Origin: Octopus sinensis
Taxonomy: Eukaryota
Assembly: GCF_006345805.1 (NCBI RefSeq)
Contig: NC_042999.1
Coordinates: 135,098,001-135,162,000, forward strand
DNA length: 64,000 bases
Direction of reading: 5' to 3'
The notes beneath the pieces are model-generated. The model was not told where the DNA came from and ran no database searches. It was given only the letters and a program-made list of their open reading frames with translations. Both the position numbers and the translations under genes were made by a program. Positions 37,689 to 48,699 of this stretch are shown here, one piece after another; position 1 is the stretch's first letter, and every line of letters starts with the position of its first letter.

Positions 37689-38173
37689 ATATACTAGAAC
37701 CTTATGTGGAAAAGGGATCTACTGTTACTAGTGTAGGCTATAGTGAATTGCTGGCCAACAAACTAAAACCAGCAATTTGTACTAAATACCAAGGTCTATT
37801 GTCAAATCAAGTGTTATTGTTGCACACCCACATATGGCCACTCACACTATCAAAACCAATGAAAAACTGGCTTTTGAGTTGCTGGAACATCCTGAATACA
37901 GTCCAGATCTCACCCCTTCCAACTATCAGCTCTTTCGACTGCTCAAAAATTCTTTACAAGGTTGTCAATTTGCTACAGACGAAGAAGCACAGGAAGTAAT
38001 GCATAAATGGCTGCATGACCAACTGGAAACCTTTTTCTCCAATGAAACAAGCTGGTGGACACTGGAAGAAGTGCATTGAAAAGCAAGAAGACTCAACAAA
38101 TGATGTAATTGTTCAACCTCTGCGTTTGTTTTAATAAATTACAGAAATAATAGTTCGTATAATTTTTGACTTA
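37689..38173 (+). mobile_element. Mariner transposase 3' remnant
   Basis: EKGSTVTS..YSELL..KLKPAI, LEHPEYSPDLTPSNYQLF..LKNSLQG..F..DEE; frameshifted. Confidence 0.88.
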
Positions 38174-39249
38174 CATTCATATTTTAGAATGATATTGTAG
38201 GGCATGTGTGAGTGGCCAGATCTAATCAGTTTGAACATAAAACAGGTAGAATACTTTGACCAGGTATCACCAGTTTAAATGCTAAATGGTTAAACATACT
38301 TTTTTCTTTTCATTTATTTATTTTGAGTTGAAGTTACATTTAAATTTTGCGCCATGCTAACAGGCTGTATAGTACTCTAAGTCTTCAAATTCAAAGTTGT
38401 AGAAATATCTTAAAGCAGCTGTAACTGAAAGACACAACTTTCTTCAGTGTGGGTCTGCTGATATTCATTCCAATTCACCTGAAGGTTGATTTCAGAATGA
38501 CAACAATTTCCAAGTTTTTTCTTTTGTTAGAAGTAGTCAAATTACATTTGATGAGACCAATTGACTTGACTGACCTTGGTGTGGGAGTTCCAGGGTTTTG
38601 GGGAGTGTGGGACCACTTCTTAGCCACTATTGTTCTCTGGTCTACTACTCTGACTTGGATTAGTAACACCTGCTAGGTTCCCAGCTGTGGGTTGACTTGT
38701 ACTTGTACCACCCTCTTCAAACCTAGGCTATGTCAGCTTTGATAAATGACAGTGACTAGGTCAGCGAATCCCCTTTGATGATTGACAATTAATGGCAAGA
38801 TAAGCAGCTACAGATCAACCCCAGTACTTATTTTTTAAAGTTTGGTACTTATAGTATCAGCCTCTTTTCATCAAATCACTAAGTTACAGGAACATAAACA
38901 AACCAACATCAGTTGTCAAGCAGTGGGGTGGAGGACAAAGGACAAATAAAGACATAACATTCTTCTTTCAGTTTCTGTCTACCAAATCCAGTCACAAGGC
39001 TTGGTGCTATAGTTGAAGACACTTGCTTAAGGTGCCACACAGTGGTACTGAAACCAGAACCATGTAATTGGGCTGTAAACTTCATAATATCTGTCGCATT
39101 GTTGAAACGTTCTTTGTGAAATCTGGAGTTTGTGGGTATGGAGTGGTTCACTGAGCAGAAATGACAGGAATTGTCTCATAAGTACTTGGTAAATTGGTCC
39201 ACTAAATTAGAAACAGTTTATCAAATGTATAAAGGCTCACAGATTTCAT

Positions 39250-40120
39250 TAAATACAGTAGATGATCTTGATAGAGGTGCAAGAGAAAGAGTTAATGTTT
39301 ACTGTGTGATGGCTGAGTCCTATGAGAAAAGTGATGTCAATGAGGAATGGATTGGATGTTTGGCCAAATGGTGGCTTGATCAAATTGCAGTGCACTCATT
39401 GATGAAACTAGGATTGCTGACCAAGATTTTGCTGATGATGCTGTTATTCTTGCTAAATCTCTGGATGTCTTCAGGAGCACCATCTCCTTTCATTGAGTGA
39501 GGAAACAGAACCACTTGGCCTTAGAGTCTTTTGGATCAAGACAAAGATCTAGTCCTTCATTGGCTTCTTGGAAGATTCTATCTCGTCTGTCTCTGTTGTG
39601 GGTGAGATCGTCAGTTGTTGACTGCTTCACTTATCTCAGCAGTAAGATTTATAGTGACATTAGCTGCAAGTCTGAAGTCCTAAAAAAGACACATTGGACA
39701 GGGATGCTTGGCACTACTGATGGCTGAGCAGAACAAAAGTTCAGATCTTTTGGTTTCTAGTTCTCCCTGTCTTGTCCTATAGTTGTGAGATTTGGACAGG
39801 GGCCCTTTGGAGCTGCCTGAACTTCTTCAGTATTAGGATGCTTCTCAAGGTTATGGATTAACATTGGTCAGCTTTCATATCCAGCTAACAACTCTACTTG
39901 GAAACTGGGATGCATCCTGTTACTCGTATGATTCTGGAGTGCCAGCTTAGACTGTTTGGCCATGTTGCTCAATTTTGATTTAGACCCCACTTACCATTCT
40001 TTTCCCTGAGGATCTGGCTGGGTTAACAGCTTGACCACTGCAGATGATCAGATATCTATGGCGACTGGCTGGGATTCTGCTCGATGGGTCACTCGGGAAG
40101 AACCAAGAATATACTGACAA
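39250..40120 (+). mobile_element. Degenerate RTE-type LINE RT and C-terminal remnant
   Basis: FADD at 39428-39439, FTYLSS.I near 39625, QLRLFGHVAQ near 39945; many stops. Confidence 0.75.
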
Positions 40121-40299
40121 ATAGTGAATACAGCAACAGTGCATGCCATCCCCTTCTAATTTGACCTGGTTTGTTTGATACTAATCCACTTTAAATATAT
40201 CAAACTGTACCAAGAATACAATATGCTTATAGGATGAAAATTAAACGAAGAAAAAAACAGAATTTTATATAACAGATACAAGTAAAAATTAAAACGCTT

Positions 40300-40590
40300 C
40301 TAAAGCAGACTGTCTTTGATCCTTATCAATCCGCATAAAATGAGTAAAGAACAAAACTATTTTTTAATACACCGTATGTAAATTAACAGATCTCAAGAGC
40401 CATTATTGTATTTTTAAAATCCATGACGGACCTAGATTCCTCCTGCGACATACATTTCGATACAAAATACCAACACGAAATTCTTAACGCGATTTTTACA
40501 CTAGTCTAGTATTTATCTACTTTCAAAACTAGAAAGTACCGCTGCTTTCAGTGTTATTTTCGCACCTTCTCCACTAAAGATCTATACATA
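40300..40590. promoter_or_regulatory. CpG-retaining promoter region of POLR2D, possibly bidirectional
   Basis: CpG is visibly more frequent than in the flanks; lies directly upstream of the ATG; a - strand donor GAAAT|GTATGT at 40454/40453. Confidence 0.45.
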
Positions 40591-40675
40591 ATGGCTGCCG
40601 CCTCTTCAACCACTACGGCAGCTACATCTAACGAACAAACGGAAGAAGATGCTTCGGAATTACAGTTTCCCAAAG
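40591..40675 (+). CDS. POLR2D: RNA polymerase II subunit RPB4, exon 1 (MAAASSTTTAATSNEQTEEDASELQFPK)
   Basis: EEDAS.L.FPK RPB4 signature; G|GTATG donor. Confidence 0.97.
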
Positions 40676-41607
40676 GTATGTTATCCATTAATTTTTCCGG
40701 TTATTTGGTCTTTACATCATCTGTTATCATTTGAACGTCTGCATTATCGAATTGTATTCGTTTTTTAAAATTATTTTTTAGCAAAATTTTGCTAAGTTTC
40801 CATGAGAGATACAAGTAATTGTTGATAACTTTTTGTTATAAACCAAAGATGAATGAAGAGTTAATTAACTTTTCAGGGTTCCAATTCGGAGAGATCGGAT
40901 AGGAACTGATTTAGACCCCACTTAATTCTATATATGGAATTTAGACGAATGCCAGTTGCATTGTTTTCTTATTCAATTTCAAAGCGTCAGAGTTGTTTGA
41001 GAAGGGGACTTACTCGCCTTATTAGCGCCGTTATTTAAATGGTTCCAATTAGGAATCGAAACCGAATCGCTAAGATTTCTTTTCCGAAATATTTATCCAT
41101 TGTTTTGTTTTAGAATGTTTACAAAATTCTAGGTTCTTTAAATCAGAGGAAACGGGCAATTATAACCTGAATGATTCTCTTTTATTTGCAAATATTTTCA
41201 TTTGGTTATTCAATAGCAATACAGTTTCTGTCGGACAATTCACTCACTGGTACTTATTTTGATAAAACAAATAATTTGTTTACCGATTTCGGTAAACGGC
41301 ATAACTACCGATTTCGGTAAAATTCATTGGAGTCCACTTCAGTTAGTCTCAACTTACAAAGAAAATGGATATTTTTTAATGAAATCCTCTACAAATATAC
41401 CTCGGACTATGTAGATTCCAAGGACATAGGGATTTTGGGAGTTATTTTTGAGAACTGTTCCCCACTCAGGGGTGTTTCAGAACAAGTCGTCCATATTTGT
41501 TTCATTTTCTCCAAAGTTGGTGGGGTAGAAATCTGCAGTTATGCCCATAAAACTATACTTTATCCCTGTTCGTGCTTTTGGACATATATTATCCCTTGAT
41601 GCAAAGG

Positions 41608-41958
41608 GATGTGAAGGCGCATGGCTCAGTGGTTAGAGCGTCGAGCTTACGATCGTGAGGTTGTGAGCTCGAATCCCCGACCGGGCTGCGTGTTGTGTTC
41701 TCGAGCAAGGTACTTTATTTCACGTTGCTCCAGTTCACTCAGCTGTAGAAATGAGCTGCGACGTCACTGGTGCCAAGCTGTATCGACCTTTGTCTTTCCC
41801 TTGGATAACACTGGTGGCGTGGAGAGGGGAGGCTGGTATGCATGGGCGACTGCTGGCCTTCCATAAACAACCTTGCCCGGACTTGTGTCTAGGAGGATAA
41901 CTTTCTAGGTGCAATCCCATGGTCATTCATGACCGAAGGGGGTCTTTACCCTTTACCC
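41608..41958 (+). mobile_element. tRNA-derived SINE with CORE-like segment
   Basis: Box A TGGCTCAGTGG, box-B-like GCTCGAATCC, CORE-like TGTGTTCTCGAGCAAGGTACTTT...CAGCTGTAGAAATG, (TTTACCC)2 tail, TSD TGATGCAAAGG (41597-41607, 41959-41969). Confidence 0.88.
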
Positions 41959-43139
41959 TGATGCAAAGGTAATGAAGTTTCGCTAAATTGTATCTGTTGC
42001 TGCTATGTTTTTTCTTAGAGATCCATTTAAAACCTTCGCCGAATTCAATCCAATCACTTAACTGATCAGTTTTCTTTGTTTGAGTCAAGACAATTCCAGG
42101 ATTTCTAAATATGCGAATTTGTGTATGGTTATTTTGTAGCTATTTGTATATGTGCGAATGTGCTTGCATTAATGTAATGAATGTATTCCTATTGCTTTTG
42201 TACAGGTGAGTATACTTTGTTTTGATGTATGTATACTGTATGTGAACATGATGGTATATATTCCTTTTAGGGCAGTAGTTCTGAAATTCACAAATATCAG
42301 TCCCCACCTTCCATATTAGGGACCCTATTTCTTCAATCACGAGATGACAATAGTTTGCATCCATAAAATTCATCTTCCTTAGACAAGTTTGAAAAATTTT
42401 AAACCATCAATGTTTATTAAACATAGCAACTCGCTTGCTCCCTTTTCAATCCCCTCAGTTACCCACTTCCCATTGAGAGACACTGTTCTTTGAGATTTAA
42501 ATGAAGAATTCTTGGAATGCTTTGCAAAACTTCATTTACTGGTATCATTTATCGATGGGATTTTAGAGGACATGAGTTAATTTGATTTGTTATAAAACCC
42601 TAAATTTCTATTACATTCTAGTTTTGAGGTTTCTTTGGTATGATCAGGTCAGTTGTTCCTATGAACAGTATTGTAAATCATTTTGACAATATCATTAATG
42701 TCATGTCTCATGGGAAGGTACTACTTTGGGGCAGTTGTGATGTTGTGAGCAACATCTTTGATATTGGTATGACACATTTGACATTTTCTATCAAAACAGT
42801 GAATTGGAAGCATTCTCATCTCTTGTTGATCAGGGGATTTAGTAGCTACCAAAGAAATTGATATAGTTGAAGTTCAGTTTGAACATCTGCAAATGAATGC
42901 AGACAGGAGAGGAATTTCCAGAGGGTTTATGCACTGAGGAGTAAAGAATATGTCTAGTAATGAGTGTAGAGTTAGGAGAAGAAACTAGTAGAGATGGGTG
43001 ACTGGGGGAAGTGTGCAAACACCATGCCCTACTTTACTATTGTGTGATTACATTAAAGAGGACATTATCAAGCTGTATGAACAATTGATCCAATAAATAA
43101 ACAATTACCCTCGAGAAAGTATAGAAAATGAATTTAAAA

Positions 43140-43642
43140 TCTATATATATAAAACTGTAGTTGTGTGAGTGTCTGTCTCCTACGATTTAGATTCCTAACT
43201 CCTCCCACATTTTGCGGTACAGTTTAACCAAATTCGGGTATCTTGTAGTCGTGATTAATATCGAGCCCGTCTGGCTATTAGCGCGCGTCTACGATTTTAA
43301 AAATAATTTAACATTTTTTATTCCATTTTAATGCATAATTTTTCGTGTGTCGATGGCGGCGGAGTTGGCGTCCACGCTCAAACACCTGCACCTGTGTTTG
43401 CTTCTCCTCCTTCTTCCCTCCCTCGTGAAGCTGTGGGGAAGGGAGTTTAAAGAAATCAACGTCGTAATGCGTTGTCAAGGAGACCAGCGTTCTTTTAGAA
43501 CAACGACTTCATGGCTTGAAGACACCAAAACAGAAATGGCTAAGAAAGCCCGAATTGGCATCTATAAAGGAAGTAACTCTCTGAAAATGCTTATATAGTT
43601 ATTTCCCTTACAAACCCGAGCAACGCCGGGCGATACTGCTAG
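43140..43642 (+). mobile_element. Non-autonomous Helitron in POLR2D intron 1
   Basis: A|TCTATATATATAAAACTG start, CCCGAGCAACGCCGGG hairpin at 43615-43630, CTAG|T end. Confidence 0.9.
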
Positions 43643-43702
43643 TAGTAAATAAAATATTGAATTAAAACCGTCCTGATTATTTCTATTATACTATTATTTC
43701 AG

Positions 43703-43760
43703 AATTTGAGTCTGCTGAGACTTTGTTAATATCAGAAGTACATATGCTTTTAGAGCACAG
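43703..43760 (+). CDS. POLR2D: RPB4 exon 2 (EFESAETLLISEVHMLLEHR)
   Basis: Conserved sequence; TTTCAG / AG|GTATG; phase 1->2. Confidence 0.98.
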
Positions 43761-44911
43761 GTATGTAATTTTGAAATTTTGACACTGTTTTATTTATTAT
43801 TTTATTTTCTAAATATCTGTTGCATTCTTATTTAATATGTAATTTTGTTGTCATAAGTTTAAAAGTTAATATATTTAATTTGGATATAGAAGTGCTGTCT
43901 ATTTTCCTTATAAACAGAAATAAACATAAAATATTTTCTCCCTATTAATGAAATAATGGATCATGTTACATTTCGTTCTTATCTGTATACTATTATAATA
44001 AACCCTCACTGTTATATTGGTTTCATTGTAGTTTGATCAAACTAAAGTAAACTTGTTTGTAATTTTAGCAGAATTTTTTGAGATTTAATCAATCATATGT
44101 ACTTGCCCATTAATTATCATCATCATCATCATATTAACATCTGTTATCCATGCTGGCATGGGTTGGACTGTTTGACCAGAGCTGGCAAGCTGAGTAGCTG
44201 CACCAGACTCAGTCCGATTTGGCATGGTTTCTACAGCTGGATACTCTTCCTAACACCAATCACTTTACAAAGTGTGCTGGATGCTTTTATGTAGCACTGC
44301 ACAAGTGCTTTAACATGGTGCTGCATGAACGCTTTTATTTTATACCACCAGAAGGACTGGTCTTAATACTCCTGCTGCAGAGTATGGGTCTGAGAACTAA
44401 ATCTTAGGGTGATTTAGTGCTCAAAGTCATACCACTTTAAATATATTGTGATTTCATTCATTTTTCTATAATTTATGTGTTGAGAGATTCTAATTGCATT
44501 TGATCTTTCATGCAAAATGTTAGTCACCTGACTAACAAAGGTAAATTTACATACAAAGTTATACATTTGTAAACTTGTCTAAACATCATTGTAATTAATA
44601 TTTAAATTAATCCTTTTGATATAAAGTCATGTTCAAAACATCAGTTTAATATTGAAGTTATAACAAACTAAATTTTTGTTCTTAATCTAATTTGATCTGT
44701 TTTATTTCCTGTGCATTTTAGTTTCCAATTTCTTTATTAAATAATTTTAATCATTTTGGATTAGTCTTCTTGTTAAAATATAAAGAATTTTTATTTTAAA
44801 CACAGTCTGTAACAACCTAATTTCATACAGTAAGTTAATAAATATTTGTAAAATATATATTTTGTGAAAATAAAATAGTAACTAAAAACATTGATTGTTT
44901 TCTTGAATCAG

Positions 44912-45034
44912 GAAGCAACAGAATGAAAGTGCTGAAGAAGAACAAGAATTATCTGAAGTGTTCATGAAGACTCATCAGTATACACAACGTTTTAGCAAAT
45001 TTAAAAACCGAGAAACAATCTCTGCTGTGAGAAG
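44912..45034 (+). CDS. POLR2D: RPB4 exon 3 ([41 protein letters not shown])
   Basis: Conserved sequence; ATCAG / AG|GTAAAT; phase 2->2. Confidence 0.98.
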
Positions 45035-45508
45035 GTAAATTAAATATTTATGTTCTATCATTTTCTTCTAACAAAGGTATTGGTAATAAGGCCTTTTGTT
45101 TATATTTAACAATATTTTTTATGCCAAAAATATAATCTGTTGCTGAGAGTGGGCTTGCTAAAAGGTGTTGAGAGTAAAATACTTTCATTTATATTTACTA
45201 TATTTCTTAAACTAAAACCACAATCTCTGAAGAGAAGGAGGGAGAAATTAATAAAATCATTCAATTTTAGATATATTCTAATGAAACCTTTTTTAAAAGT
45301 TAGTTAGGAACAGTAACCATAACATTTGCTGGCCCTCCAAATTGTTACTTAATCTGAATAACTGCAAGAAAAGTATGGGCTGGCAAGGAACTGAGGTTGC
45401 ACTAGAATGAACTCCACTAAAAACACTCCAAAGTCTGGATGATGGTTATGGTTATAAATCAGGTTATATATTAGGTATAACCCAATAGGACAACTTTGTT
45501 CATATCTT

Positions 45509-45912
45509 ATAACTCTTTTACATGTTTCAGTCATTTGACTGTGGCCATGCTGGAGCACTGCCTTTAGTTGAGCAAATCAACCCCGGGACTTTTTCTTTGT
45601 AAGCCCAGTACTTATTCTATCAGTCTCTTTTGCCGAACTGCTAAGTAACGGGGACGTAAACACACCAGCATCGGTTGTCAAGCAATGCTAGGGGGACAAA
45701 CACAGACACACAAACACATACATACATATACATATATATACATATATACGACAGGCTTCTTTCAGTTTCCGTCTACCAAATCCACTCACAAGGCATTGGT
45801 CGGGCCGGGGCTATAGCAGAAGACACTTGCCCAAGATGCCACGCAGTGGGACTGAACCCGGAACCATGTGGTTGGTTAGCAAGCTACTTACCACACAGCC
45901 ACTCCTGCGCCT
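45509..45912 (-). mobile_element. Full-length ~400-bp tRNA-derived SINE (GGCTGTGTGGTAAG family)
   Basis: - strand: GGCTGTGTGGTAAG..GGTTCAGTCCCACTGCGTGGCATCTTGGGCAAGTGTCTT, internal (TA/TG)n, GATAGAATAAGTACTGGG; partial copies near 15122, 38965, 62152 and 63787. Confidence 0.9.
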
Positions 45913-46051
45913 AATTATAATTTAATGTATAGTTTAGAACATAGAAATCTCTTCACTATATGAAAATTCTCTGAATGACTTATATTTCTTTGTTGGTATA
46001 CGATTTTATATAGTAGGGTTGGTTCACTTTTTAGATTTCTTTTTCTTTCAG

Positions 46052-46147
46052 TCTTCTACTGCAGAAAAATTTACACAAATTTGAACTGGCAGCATTAGCC
46101 AATCTCTGCCCAGACAGTGCTGAAGAAGCAAAATCCTTGATACCAAG
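46052..46147 (+). CDS. POLR2D: RPB4 exon 4 ([32 protein letters not shown])
   Basis: Conserved LHKFELA.LANLCP..AEE.K.LIPS; phase 2->2. Confidence 0.98.
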
Positions 46148-46549
46148 GTGTGTATGTATTGGTTGTATTAATATCTAGGTGTAAGTGAAACGAGTTTTAA
46201 CTCCTCAGCCACTCACTACTAAGATCTCATTTATTCAATATGTTAAATTTTAAGAATCTTCACCAGCATCAATGAAACTTAGAGTTGAGTTTGTCCATTT
46301 AACTGGAAAATTTCAAGCCTCTATTATTTGTGCTGAATGAACAGAAACTTGAGAGAAGTCTCCTTAGTCTTACGGAAAACTAACTTGCTTAGTGTTGGTA
46401 CCTTGAAAAATGTACCCAGTACACTCTGTAAAGATGTTGACCAAATGATATATATGACTGAATCATGACTCCCAAACCTATCTAAGAGGGCAATGACACT
46501 GAATAGATGCTAAGTCAGATCATAATCGTTTTCTGTTGAGAACATCTTT

Positions 46550-46943
46550 GGGATCTTTTCGGTTTGAACGGCAGTTTTTTAAAATAATTTTAAACTTCAT
46601 ATACTGGTAGAATGTGTTTATAAAACATATTTTTCTCTTGGCTTTATTGAGAAAATTCTATAGTTTGTAAGATATTTGTTGTTGTTTTTTCTTCAATTTC
46701 TACAATTTCAACCAATCAATGACGTCTATTGAGGTGAAAACATTCTGTGCTGTATGAATATGTCCCTTGTTTAAGAAACAGATTGGGTTTATTTACATTT
46801 CTGAAGAAAAAAAGATACCCTTCCCCCCACCCCTAACCCTAAAACAGATTGAAATGCAATAGATCGATACTAGGGTTATAATTATGGGTGACAATTTCAT
46901 ATGACACTGCTAGAAAAACTGCTGTTCAAACCGAAAAGATCCC
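46550..46943. mobile_element. Unclassified MITE with ~29-bp TIRs and a 6-bp TSD
   Basis: GGGATCTTTTCGGTTTGAACGGCAGTTTT / AAAACTGCTGTTCAAACCGAAAAGATCCC; ATCTTT duplicated at 46544-46549 and 46944-46949. Confidence 0.88.
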
Positions 46944-47272
46944 ATCTTTGTATTATTCTTGAATTTTCTTGGTTTCTGTTTCTTTCTGTGCTGCCTTATC
47001 CCCAGCAAACAAAAATGTCTTATAAAGTTTGCAATAAAATATGAGTGTTTTGACTGGAATTTCATTGACCAGTAAAGAAATTCTCTCTTGTAATTCCATT
47101 GAATGTTATGAAAACAAAAATTGTGATGATAGAAGGATTTCCTTATATATTTTATTAACGACAAGTCCCTGTCTTTAATTCAAATTAATTAGTTCATTTA
47201 CATTTATCTAGAATTTTCTTGCAACAGCATTGAAAATATTTATTAAGGAATTGCTACTAAAAAGATATTTAA

Positions 47273-47374
<102 letters not shown>

Positions 47375-48699
47375 AGAATAACCATTGTAATTACCACAAT
47401 TTCATTATAAACCATTCCTTATCATTTAAAATTCTTTTTTTTTTATTTTTTTAAAATTTCACATTCTGAACTGAATAAATGCTTGAATTCCTGGATAAAT
47501 GTTTGAGTTGCTTAATGCTGTCGTTGTTATTGTCCTTTTATTTAAAAAGAAAAAATAAGTTCCTGAAAATATCAACCTTACTATTTTAGTCAAAAGTAAT
47601 ATGAATTAGGATGAGTGGAGTTCTCCAAAATTATTTGCAACGGTGACTTAATAGTACCAAGATGCTGGTCAAGAAAACATACTGTCAACTGCATATCCTT
47701 GCAACTCAACACATGCCTAAGACAGTCACACCCTTCTAACTTCACCAACAACTGGCCTATCATCTTAAGTGTATTTCCCTTTTCTGTGATTTCTACAGAA
47801 CCAGGTCTATTGGATACATGCTCTCCAACATAATATACCTGTGATCTTTCATTCCTGAGAATTTCAGTAAAATCAGTGTTGTTACTCAAGACATGAGCAA
47901 AACCTTTAACCCTTTCCTGCACAAAAACCTTCATGTTAAGTTGGTCATATTTGACTTTGATACAACTCTTATTTCTTGACTTTCAAATTTCCTATAAAAC
48001 TAATTCTTTGTAGCATATGTTAACAGGACTCACTCTAGTCTATAATCATACCAATTTTTGTGTGTCTCAAGGTTTGGTTTCTACCATATATTAATGATAT
48101 GCTGTTACTTCCCACAGTATGCACTCCAGCAGTGATATCACTCTTCTTACTTAACCTTCTGCACATAGGCACCATCTTCATGTAAACTCAAGCTGGACTT
48201 GCAATGCCTCCTTAAACACCTCAAAAACATTTGCAATGGATACGTGACACCTCATCTCCTTAAAACATACACACTCAATCACTACATATATTAAGGAAAA
48301 ATTTCATGCTACCCCTTGCCTCTGCATTAACCCACAGTCAAAACCTTTAAAGTGATATAATAGCTGGACTTGATTAAATTTCTGACAATTCATGGTGACT
48401 AAAGTCCTTTTTTTTTTCAGAACCAGAAAATACTTCAGTTCTGATCAATTACTGACCTTCTAAAATGTTTTGGTAAGAATATGATACTGCTCACATATAA
48501 GGGATATTATTGCTGCTATTTGTACATTAGCATCCTTGACTGAATCTAAACTGCTATTTGGCTGATTGGAAAAAGATACATTCATCAATTACATCACAAA
48601 TTACCAAATTCACTAAGCATATGTTTATTCTAGCACATGGAAATTGAGACAACCATAATTAAGAGCAATAAGCCCGGACAGTTGACAATAAATATCCTC

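Noticed and set aside
41611-41690. Functional tRNA-Val(TAC)-like gene
   Set aside because: The D-arm pairs but anticodon, T and acceptor stems do not; it runs into a SINE body with a TSD.
45509-45550. Hammerhead in the tail of the 400-bp SINE (AGTC-AAAT-GACT-GAAAC-AT-GTA on the - strand)
   Set aside because: It has a helix II/III-like half, but the CUGANGA core is absent (CATGGCCAC instead).
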